Assembly (NCBI RefSeq): GCF_002105155.1
Contig: NW_019029009.1
Coordinates: 310,001 to 374,000, forward strand
DNA length: 64,000 bases
From: Lobosporangium transversale
Taxonomy: Eukaryota
Reading direction: 5' to 3'
The position numbers and the translations under genes are program-made. The notes under the pieces are model-generated. The model worked only from the letters and a program-made list of their open reading frames with translations. It made no database searches and was not told the origin of the DNA. Positions 12,246 to 31,364 of this stretch are shown one piece after another; position 1 is the stretch's first letter, and each line of letters opens with the position of its first letter.

Positions 12246-13606
12246 GCCATTGCTCACAGACAAGGTAAATAGCAACGTATAACCGGAGTCATCGAGCAAT
12301 ATCAGAGAAGACACTGCTAACGACTCCCCCATGTTATTTTAGATGCGACAATGGGAACCAAGGCCGTGTTTACAAGACAATTAAGGCAAATGCACACAAC
12401 CCTTGTATAAATGTCACATGCAGCACCAAACTTGGTTACCTCATGTGGGTCCGCTATTCATACGCGTTAGACTCGCCCCAGGTGATCATTTTTCAGTGGT
12501 GAAGGACTTTAGGTTTGGCACACAACGTCAAAACCCGCCCATGGACAGGGTACAGGTATGCTGAGCCATCCCGGGTAGCCATCCTGATGTTCCTGTCACG
12601 TGCATGATGCCTTCACGCAGAGCGAACGCACGCGTTCCGCAAATAGCTTGCTTTTTCACTCTCGCTGAGCGCACCCTGCATCATTTGTACGTTCTTTGAT
12701 CAGTGTGTGAATTTTCAGATACTATGGCATTCATACCCGGACAAACCGTCTGCACAGCTTGCATGCATTCATACCCAGACAAACAGTCCGCACAGTTTGC
12801 ATTAGTGACTTACAAAGCTCGTCAAGGAGCCGAATAACATATTGGTTTTCGCCTACATTATGCCCCAGAGGCCGTGATTGGCGGGCTGTTTTGCCTGCAT
12901 CTTTAGATATCACTTTATTCTGCGGATGTTGTGTTCGAGTTGCTAACTGTACTATTGTTTTTTTTATCGCTTTTCTGTGCAAGGCGGGGCTCCCTCCTAG
13001 ACACATTATAGGTCAGACGAGGCATGCTCTGAGTCTATGTGCTTCTGGCTCAGTTCTACCTATGACGCTCTGTGAGAGGGGCTCCGCCTTTGTATTGCAC
13101 CAAAGGGAGTGTTTTAGTGGTCATCACACTGTCTGTCGTGAGATTGGTGCCTATCCACTAGCTCTATTGTACAACAGTGTTTAGTCTTCGCGAGATTGTG
13201 GAGAGCAGAAAGCCTGGTTAGGGTATAATGCTGGACCTGGTTTCACTTCCTAGGCTTTGTCCAAAGCATTATCAAAGATTCCAGCCGCTGATCTTTCTTT
13301 CAAGATGCAAGTAATACTAACACAAAAACTGACTCGCACAAAACCCATAGAAAGTGATATTAAATCTTCTTTCATGATACCATTTTTGTTATTTTAGTAC
13401 GCAGTACTAGTATACCATACTGGACACTTGGTACTAAAATCAATACGATCTTTTTATATCTGTATGGATTCGGCAACATACCTCTAGGAAAAAGGACCGG
13501 AAAGGTCTTTTGTTTTTCTTTAGGCAGGGAATAAAAAATGAAAATGGTAAATGGTACTAGATGCACTAAAAGAGTGGAGGAGGCAAGTAAATGGTGGACA
13601 TGGTGC
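11928..13606. repeat. Left arm of 1,679-bp inverted repeat
   Basis: Reverse complement of 13767-15445 (coordinate sum 27373, confirmed by mirrored ORFs 12731..13006/14367..14642 and 12759..13184/14189..14614). Two mismatches noticed, one near each end. Confidence 0.97.
12727..12802. repeat. Imperfect tandem duplication of a 38-bp unit (mirrored at 14571-14646)
   Basis: GCATTCATACCCGGACAAACCGTCTGCACAGCTTGCAT / GCATTCATACCCAGACAAACAGTCCGCACAGTTTGCAT, 4 differences. Confidence 0.9.
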
Positions 13607-13766
13607 ATCGTGATGACATAGCTTGATATATGGTGTCTGCTGATTTTTTTCTACTGATTTTTTTCCTTCCTTTGTATGTAATAGGCGGCTGATTTCTGCT
13701 TGTAGGGAGCACAGAAACTGGATCTGATCTGCCTATGAGTTTGTGAGAATCAACAAAAAAATATCA

Positions 13767-15445
13767 GCACCATGTCCACCATTTACTTGCCTCCTCCACT
13801 CTTTTAGTGCATCTAGCACCATTTACCATTTTCATTTTTTATTCCCTGCCTAAAGAAAAACAAAAGACCTTTCCGGTCCTTTTTCCTAGAGGTATGTTGC
13901 CGAATCCATACAGATATAAAAAGATCGTATTGATTTTAGTACCAAGTGTCCAGTATGGTATACTAGTACTGCGTACTAAAATAACAAAAATGGTATCATG
14001 AAAGAAGATTTAATATCACTTTCTATGGGTTTTGTGCGAGTCAGTTTTTGTGTTAGTATTACTTGCATCTTGAAAGAAAGATCAGCGGCTGGAATCTTTG
14101 ATAATGCTTTGGACAAAGCCTAGGAAGTGAAACCAGGTCCAGCATTATACCCTAACCAGGCTTTCTGCTCTCCACAATCTCGCGAAGACTAAACACTGTT
14201 GTACAATAGAGCTAGTGGATAGGCACCAATCTCACGACAGACAGTGTGATGACCACTAAAACACTCCCTTTGGTGCAATACAAAGGCGGAGCCCCTCTCA
14301 CAGAGCGTCATAGGTAGAACTGAGCCAGAAGCACATAGACTCAGAGCATGCCTCGTCTGACCTATAATGTGTCTAGGAGGGAGCCCCGCCTTGCACAGAA
14401 AAGCGATAAAAAAAACAATAGTACAGTTAGCAACTCGAACACAACATCCGCAGAATAAAGTGATATCTAAAGATGCAGGCAAAACAGCCCGCCAATCACG
14501 GCCTCTGGGGCATAATGTAGGCGAAAACCAATATGTTATTCGGCTCCTTGACGAGCTTTGTAAGTCACTAATGCAAACTGTGCGGACTGTTTGTCTGGGT
14601 ATGAATGCATGCAAGCTGTGCAGACGGTTTGTCCGGGTATGAATGCCATAGTATCTGAAAATTCACACACTGATCAAAGAACGTACAAATGATGCAGGGT
14701 GCGCTCAGCGAGAGTGAAAAAGCAAGCTATTTGCGGAACGCGTGCGTTCGCTCTGCGTGAAGGCATCATGCACGTGACAGGAACATCAGGATGGCTACCC
14801 GGGATGGCTCAGCATACCTGTACCCTGTCCATGGGCGGGTTTTGACGTTGTGTGCCAAACCTAAAGTCCTTCACCACTGAAAAATGATCACCTGGGGCGA
14901 GTCTAACGCGTATGAATAGCGGACCCACATGAGGTAACCAAGTTTGGTGCTGCATGTGACATTTATACAAGGGTTGTGTGCATTTGCCTTAATTGTCTTG
15001 TAAACACGGCCTTGGTTCCCATTGTCGCATCTAAAATAACATGGGGGAGTCGTTAGCAGTGTCTTCTCTGATATTGCTCGATGACTCCGGTTATACGTTG
15101 CTATTTACCTTGTCTGTGAGCAATGGCTGTTCGGTATCGGTCTCTCGCCGATATTTAGTTTTAGATGAAGTTTACCACCCATTTTGAGCCACATTCCCAA
15201 ACAACCCGACTCTTTGAAAACGTATGTAGCATCCACTGAGTCAACGACGTGATTCTCACCCTCTATGACACCCTATTCCAAAGGATCTATATCCAGGTTG
15301 CCACCAAAAACGTCTCTTTAAACTACGACTCGAGCCAGTAAACCGGTTACATTTTAAATTTGAGCTCACATCTGCTTCGCTCGCTGTTACTGAGGGGATC
15401 CTTGTTAGACTAGTTTTCTTTTCTCCCGCTTATTAATATGCTTAG
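13767..15445. repeat. Right arm of 1,679-bp inverted repeat
   Basis: Begins GCACCATGTCCACC (pairs with 13606 backwards) and ends TTATTAATATGCTTAG (pairs with 11928). Confidence 0.97.
15128..15445 (-). pseudogene. Second (inverted) copy of decayed 5' 28S rRNA fragment
   Basis: Reverse complement of 11928-12245. Confidence 0.9.
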
Positions 15446-15540
15446 GAATCGGAAGAGATCGATTGACATTAACTATAACTGAAATATATCCATTTGTATA
15501 TCTTTTTTTTTGACGCTCTTTCTCTCCTTGCTCTTTTATT

Positions 15541-15747
15541 ATGAAATGGGAATTGGAAAAAAAAAAAAAAAAAAAAAGACAATGGGTAATGGAGTGATTC
15601 TTTTTTCTTTTGTCCCCTCTCATTTTCCCCTTGGACAATGTTATAACGGGTCGAAAAGAAGTTTAGAAAAGAAAGCGCATTGATTACAAAAAAGGGTTAT
15701 TCCCATAAACAAAGATTTGCATTATGATGGGGTCGAAGGGGGTTTGT
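15541..15747. repeat. Direct-repeat copy of 63784-64000 (match runs to the window edge, may be longer)
   Basis: ATGAAATGGGAATTGG(A)nGACAATGGGTAATGGAG...GGGGTCGAAGGGGGTTTGT at both sites; they differ in poly-A length (21 vs 31) and one substitution seen. Confidence 0.95.
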
Positions 15748-17209
15748 GCTACTTTTTCTATTTAAGTGAACATCTCTTTCTCTCTCTACACTCTTTTTAA
15801 AAGAGAAAATGCAATGGGGGAAGAAAAAGTGTTTTTTCTCCTCCCCACATCCTTACATCCTCTCCCCCACATCTCACTACACACATCCCACAGCCCAGTC
15901 TCTGGAACTTGGATTGAACAAGGACTGTTGTCACGTTGAAAACAATGGTTACACTACTTTTTTTATTTATTTAAACACGCCATTCATTGTTTGGACAAAG
16001 CAAAAAACAGCTTTGTTGGCCTTGTTCTATCCCAGTGCTTTCTATACGTCCTGCAATGCCATCCTTTGCCTTTGTTGGTTCGTTAGATGATCAAACTGTC
16101 CAATACGACGAACCTTTTTTTTTTTTTTTTTTCTTTTTTTTTGTTGGGTTAACAACTCTTGATACTCTTTGTCGCTGATTGAACCCCGTTCAACGCTCTC
16201 ACTCTTTCTCTCTCTCTCGCATACAACATCCACACACTCTCTTTCTTTTCTTTACCTTATTTTCTTTCCTTCCTTCCTTCTTCTTTCTTTCTTTCTTTCT
16301 ATCCTTCCCCCTCCTTATTCTTTTTTTTTTGTTTTGTTTTTTTTTTGTTTTTTTTTTGTGTAAATGTTTTTTTTTTTTTTTTTTTTTGCTTGTGTTCACG
16401 ACTGACATAAAAAAAAGATGCAGTATCATGTAATAAGGAGATGAACGTGGAAAAAAATAAAAATAATAACGCCATGATGCTGTTCAGCACTGTGCTGGAT
16501 GCTCACAAGAACAGAGAACAGGAAGAAGGGAAGAATGAAATGAATAAAGAGAACATTCAGGAAGAGCGTCTTTGCTATTGAGCCATGAAGATCATGTACA
16601 TGCACATGTTATATAAAGTTATTTTTATAAGCAAAGAAAAAAAAAATGGTTCCACAAGTCTCTTTTCTGAGGAGATGAGTAAAAGGATCGATTCCGTTCA
16701 TGCTAGAGAGTATATCTGATGGAATCAAAAGTAAATATATGTCTATACATATTAACAATAAACACTTGTGGTTCACAACAAATAAGTGCAACCGAAGTGT
16801 GGCGTTCGTGGAGGAGGATCGTTTTTTCTTTTTCTTTTTAACGCATCTTCACGTTGAAAACATTCTAGGCAAGCAATTGGCGATCCTATCCTTTTCCCCG
16901 ATTCATGACAAAACGCACAAGCCAGCCTGAAGTACAGGATTCGCACAAGACATCATTGAAAAAATCATGGGCTTTGAATAAATCCGTTTCACACCCTTCC
17001 AAAAATAATTAGATCTCAATGGCGTCATTCCCCCAAACATCGTCCATGGCTCCCCATGCTATAACCAGAGTTCAATGATGGATTTCTTCAGTGATCGATA
17101 CGCGTGCATGATTAAATTGATTGGACACTTAAAAATGTAAAATATCTCCATGTCCTATTAAATTATTGAGACATGGTCTGTGCCATCCGAAACGCTTGAA
17201 ATAAGCGTT

Positions 17210-17284
17210 GCAGTTGGGGCGAGGACATTTAGCACAAGTGTAATACTCTTGAACGTCTACAACTTCGTATCCAAGGGACCTCGC
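17210..17284 (-). pseudogene. Exon relic resembling the Fanzor/TnpB C-terminal RuvC-II + zinc-finger segment
   Basis: After a pyrimidine tract and CAG acceptor (17287-17285) the frame reads ARSLGYEVVDVQEYYTCAKCPRPNC, matching the V-x-x-x-x-E-x-x-T-S-x-x-C-x(2-4)-C signature. No RuvC-I or RuvC-III seen. Confidence 0.6.
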
Positions 17285-17591
17285 CTGTTTGAGGAAAAAG
17301 TAAATAAATAAATATGAAAAATAGATCAGAGAATTTTTTTTTTCGATACTTACTCTACTGACGCATCAAAATCCCCCTTTTTCAATATTAATTACGCTAA
17401 TTGAATACATGAATTCTGGAGGAGATTAGCCCAGACTCCTCATTATCAGGTGTGTTTACCTGTTGGAGGATGTCTAGGTGGCAGGAAGGGTGCTACTCGA
17501 CTTTTTCGTTGGACTAGATATTGATTGTTAAATACTAAGTACCCAAGTATTCAATAATAATAATAATAATAATCATAACAGCCATCATACC

Positions 17592-17984
17592 ACCAAACAA
17601 TTCCTCTGTCTGTGACGAGACGATGGATATCCTGCCCTTCCGAGCCAGGTTATTTGCCACATATCCACTTTCAGTTACTAACTCACCAGCAGTATGTGTT
17701 GCTGCTAACACTGCTTTCTGGGACGCCCAGAATGCTGGCCCCTCATTGCGCTTCCAAACCTCGTAGTTGTTCTGCAGAGCTATTCGTGTTGCTTAAGAGA
17801 TAACGGTGGAATTTTTCAAAAGGGCCACATAAGCCTTTTCGGCATCTTTTTCATACAAGTACTTGGAATTTTCTGCAAAGTCGCACATGGAGACAACTTC
17901 TCCCTTTTTGACTTTATCCTTTAGCCATTGTACTTGCTCAGGAGCGATTCCTTGAAAACTCATTGCTAGAAGTCCAATACTCAT
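17592..17984 (-). pseudogene. Disrupted gene of unknown family (in-frame stop plus apparent frameshift)
   Basis: The 63-aa ORF reads through TAA at 17795-17793 into ATRIALQNNYEVWKRNEGPAFWASQKAVLAAN, then shifts frame to TAGELVTESGYVANNLARKGRISIVSSQTEELFG before a GTATGA donor-like site. Confidence 0.55.
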
Positions 17985-20900
17985 TAAATATCAGTTAGGA
18001 TCTTGCAAAGTGTGACATAAAAAATTAAAAATAAAAATAAAGTAGTAAAGAGCAGTTGACCACTCTGCCGTGCTCCACTTTCCGTCTACTTCCTACCGCG
18101 AACTAAATAAGGAACGTGCTAAAAAAGTACCAGTGTATATTGGACAGATGTCTTTTCTGGGCCTGCGCTCATTCAAACAGGAAATAAACATGCTAACAAA
18201 CCTAAAGATTGATCTAATATGGGTAATGAGGAAGGATAGAGCTAATTAATGCAAGAGCATTGATGCTGGATAGATTGAAAAGGCTGAAAAAAAGTAGTGC
18301 CACAAAATAAAAAAATGGTGATGACGCGTAAAAAGTAAAAAAAAATAAAAAAATAAAAAAATAAAAAATATCGAAATAAAGGGCAGTAATAATGAGAACA
18401 GCAGAGATGATGAAAGGGTAAAAGTAAAGGAGATTGCTAATGAAGAGAGAGGAGCTGATGGCTGTAAAATTAAGTGGTGGCGATGAGGCGCAGAAAATGC
18501 AGTGCAGTCCACGACACGTAGGCTCGTCATAGGCTCGTCACCAGTCTGGAGGACGAAGTTCATGTGCACATGCACGTACTGAAAGGCAAATCTGGCTTGC
18601 TCTTGCAGACACTTCTCTCTCAGGCTGGGACCAAACTTGACATTTGGGCTGGAGGTCTCTTTTTTAAATTTGAAAAAATTCCCAAGTCGGACACACCACG
18701 GGAAAGGCTCTCTTTTTTCTGCCATTCTCGCCGCAGAACATTGATTTGATTGAGAACGAACGAGGAATGAGAAAAAAGGATGGTATATTTCGCGTAAAAA
18801 GAGTCATCATGCTCTAATTAATCAATTAATTACCTTTAATTAAGATAGTGTGCTTAATAAGGTCAGAGAGATGGAAACGAGAATTGTGGAGTAGATCAAA
18901 TGTTAGAATAATAAAATGTTAGAATAATAGATGGCAATGCAGATGATGGAAACAAGAGATGATTGGTAAAAATGAGGCTAGTGATTTAGGTGTGTGTGTA
19001 GGACCGATTAAAAAGCGCCATCCCGTTTGTCAAAAGGGCAAGTGGATAGTGATGGCTTCGTTCATAAAGGATGAACGATTGTAAAGGATACTCAATAGAT
19101 ATGGTATTTTCATTACAAGGCAAAATTCCTTTCACTTGATTGACATTCGACTCTTTTCTTCATGCTTGAACCTCGGCGATCCTCCTGCATATGCGGTATT
19201 GATGCGAGTTTTTATGACACACTGTCCGCATGTTTTAAATATCTAGGTGTTGCCTTAACGCTCTGATCGTTGTTGATAACGAGCTCCTAAACTTTAAGCT
19301 TGACGTGTATGTCGCCTGGGACCATGGAACGGAGAAATGTGATATTGTCACTTTTCTCCGAGGTTTGATCGGTTTCTCTGCAAGCATGATCCAGTAAATA
19401 TTATCAATCATCTCCTTGAATGATGCTTGCTTGATCGGATGCTCCTCTGATGTGACCTGGACTGGCTTGTCGGGCCCCAACACAAAACTTATGGGTGGAA
19501 AGATAGGAATAAACAATAGAAACAACTTGCCACTTGCTTGAGAAAATTCTGATGATGCAGCTGCGGCAATCCGCTTGGTGTGCTCACTTCTCCTTGCTCA
19601 GGTTTATTGAATAGCGATATTTTAATTTATCTATTAGTGCTATATTACAAAATTGTGTCTGTGCCATTATCGTAAACAATGGCGAGTAAAAAGAAGTAAA
19701 AGAAACGATCGCTACTTTTTCCTTGGTCCCTTATCCCTGCTTGGCCTATTGGACTTGTCGTCCTCCGCTTGAGTCGACTCACCTTTTCTTTTATTTGATC
19801 CGCTGGGTTTGCGCAGTTCTTCCCTATTTTCATCTGCAAATACCACAACTACCGTCTAATGCGATCCTGGTATTGTTAATGCCCTTACGTTTTCTTCGCT
19901 AGACCGTCACAACCCTGACCTGCGTCAAACGGTGAAGGTGAGAAGTAGGCTCGTCAACAGCCTGTGTGCCTTATATGCGTTGCACCAATGCTCACTGACA
20001 GGTTGAGTCCAAACTCGAGATATCAAAATAGCCTTCGTTGAATCCATGGGGAGGAAAGACACCAATCCGGCAACAACAATAGGATATGATCAGTTGCATA
20101 TTCCACAGTACACGTGTTACATGAAGATTTATAATACAGACATACTAACGGCTCTATGCCCCATGGTGTGGTGCCCGAGACAAACTTGCAGTTTTATTTT
20201 GATACAAATTTGGATAAATGCCCCATGGATGTGATGTGTGAACCCACATCCTATTCTCACTTCTGCTCCCTGGTTACTATTTGTCTGTCTAAAATTTTTC
20301 ATGAGCTACTACAAACATGACTAGGTCGGGAAAGACCTTCGTCTTGAAAAAGTTGTAAGTATTAGCTTGACAGTGCTTTCTTGACTAATCTCTTTATTTC
20401 TATGCTTGGTCTAGATGGTGTTTTTTTATGGGGAGGACTATTTAGACAACATATAGACCCCACATATCTTAATCCTAATAAATTGGCTTGGTGGCATTGT
20501 TGTAAAAAATATCTTTGCTTAAGGGACAGAAAGATAGACACAATCAGGAAAAGGCAGGACAAAGAGTGTCAACAAGATTGACAAGAGAAAATAGAGTCAA
20601 ATAACCTTGACTACAAACAGCGCCATAGAATGTCAAAAGAAAAGATGGGAGCTTTATAGGTGAGCTCACAAACTGAGTTACCGGAAGACAAATGCTTGTT
20701 GTGAAAAGGGGAAAAAGATAAATGGCAAGATGAACTGCAGGTGAAGAATAAGACATATGGGGAAAACTGAAGACTTTATTAAGAAGGAAGTTTCTTTGGC
20801 TTTTATACTCGGTAGTTTCTAGGTGAGGCGGACCCGCCTATGACTACAAAGGCTTTGCGCAAAGATTCCTTTAAGCTGGCTCGACAGATTAGTGACCAGT

Positions 20901-21183
20901 CACACCACTTGCAATAACAAGCGAGTCAATTGGCTGCCAATACATTTAAGAGTATTCAAAAAATATAAGGGATCGCGACCAAATGGAACGGGCTGTACTT
21001 TAATATGCCATGCGGACAGCTTTGATTGATCATTCATACTGTTTGCATTTACAAGGTTTTAACATTTTTCCAAATTCGATGATTTATTATTAAAAAGATT
21101 CAGCAAAGTAAAAGAAAAAAGTCCGAGTTGCAGGGACGATGTGGGTACGGTGGAGAGCCAACAATCATTCTGGCGTCCTTTTA

Positions 21184-22032
21184 TTATCTTGACAACAAGG
21201 GCTTGTCCAGTCCCAAGAGGTGAGTTACACTCGATCTACGACGTTGCCCTTGATCCTGCTGAGGTATTGGCAATCCATCAACATTGTGTGTAATACCCAA
21301 TCTCTCTTGTTCAGCCCTGATTTTTGCCATATACTCTTGTTGTGCCAACTTGGCAGCTTTATATGGCCCTGCTGCCGCCGCATGCTCTTCTTCGTCCTCA
21401 TCATGAGCATGACGAGAGAATGTGAGCGATAGACGGCGACCAAAAGATGAATTCGAACGTGAACGAGGAAGAGGTTGTGTGAATTCATCTTTTTCTCCAC
21501 TTTTGTCTCTACCGCGCGAATGTGATCGAGACCAGGGCTTATCACGAAACTTATCCGCCAATACGGCTAAGGACGATCGACGACGACCTCGTCTTGATTG
21601 AGCAGCGGCATCCGCAGCATCTACGGCTTTTGCGGATCGTGCCGCAGCAACAGCTTCCTCTGATGCAACATGGACTATAGGGCTATTATTCTGTTGTTCT
21701 GTTTGTGTTCCCATGGACTGCTTGTTGATATCATTTTGTGGAGTAGAGCCGTGCTGGGCCTGAATAGGAGGATGAGAAAGATGTGCAGGAGGAGACGCAT
21801 TCGCCATATCATCACTGGGTAGGTCCAACGGTCCTACAGGTGGACGAGATGAGGATATGTATTCGACACTGTCCAACTGACCACCGAGTTGTGCATCTGC
21901 CCCAGGCTGCACCTGCGATGGCGCAGGCAATGGGACACCATTAATCAAGGCTGTTATAGGTAGTTGGTCGCTTTGGTCCTGCTGTTGTATATTCTCATTA
22001 GCTGCTGTGTTATTATTTGGATATCCAGACAT
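21184..22032 (-). CDS. Hypothetical low-complexity protein (282 aa)
   Basis: Uninterrupted ORF, good start context (ACAAAATG), RRxS basic motifs; no domain recognised. Confidence 0.75.
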   Translation of the reverse strand: MSGYPNNNTAANENIQQQDQSDQLPITALINGVPLPAPSQVQPGADAQLGGQLDSVEYISSSRPPVGPLDLPSDDMANASPPAHLSHPPIQAQHGSTPQNDINKQSMGTQTEQQNNSPIVHVASEEAVAAARSAKAVDAADAAAQSRRGRRRSSLAVLADKFRDKPWSRSHSRGRDKSGEKDEFTQPLPRSRSNSSFGRRLSLTFSRHAHDEDEEEHAAAAGPYKAAKLAQQEYMAKIRAEQERLGITHNVDGLPIPQQDQGQRRRSSVTHLLGLDKPLLSR

Positions 22033-22389
22033 TTTGTTGTGGTGCGTTGATTGTGAGGGTATGAAAGGTTATAAATGTTCTTTAATGGGTTTTGTGGGGA
22101 AATAAGAAAAAGAAAAGGCAAAAAAGCACAATAGCCATTTAGACTTTACTAAAGAGTGTTCCGTTGTGTTTACTTGAAGTCAAAGCCAACAAAAACAATA
22201 GATCACATTTTTTGTCTTAACCTAAAATAAAATAAACACTTAGTTCATAAACGCATACGCATGCTTCGTAACAATGACAATGCAAGACATTTTAGTTGTT
22301 TGAAAAGTGCTAAAATCAAGGGCTAAGAGCACGATCATAATGCTGTTTATTTGTCTTCAAGTTTATGTCACGATATGCCAATTCCTTGT

Positions 22390-30914
<8,525 letters not shown>

Positions 30915-31333
30915 GTTCTGCTTAAGATTCTTAGTCGAATAACGAGCTCATGCACCTTTAAGTCCAAGACAAGAATTAAGATTTTCTAAAATGAGTTCAC
31001 TAAATGTCTAAGGAGTTGTGGCCGTGTAAATTTAAGTCTCTGACGAGGAGTGGAATGGATTGTGACCTCAATCAACACAGGTGTTTGGATGGGATGCGAG
31101 TGTCTGAAAGTAGAGTATAAAATTGCTGTCAAAAAGGGGTCTGACAGTGGACAATGTGAACTGGGGCAGTAATTATATCAAGCACTTGATACAGGATAGA
31201 ATGACGCGCAAAAAAAAAAAAAAAAGAGCCAGTAGGACATTACTCTTTGCAATGGTTGCCATTTCACCCAAGAGCAGGAAAAAAAAAAAAAAAAAAAAAA
31301 AGTTCAGAGCTGCCATGCCAGCTAGAAAACCAG

Positions 31334-31364
<31 letters not shown>

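Noticed and set aside
12727..12802. CRISPR-like repeat array
   Set aside because: Only two abutting units, no spacers, eukaryotic context.
12731..14642. Duplicated ORFs (91, 141 and 64/78 aa) as real genes
   Set aside because: They are mirror products of the inverted repeat, mostly with non-ATG starts and no recognisable motifs.
11862..15445. Functional rRNA genes
   Set aside because: Only ~0.3-0.4 kb, truncated, with lesions in universally conserved blocks; no 18S or 5.8S nearby.
11928..15445. Autonomous TIR DNA transposon
   Set aside because: The spacer is only 160 bp with no transposase, no target-site duplication is seen, and rDNA homology crosses the left boundary.
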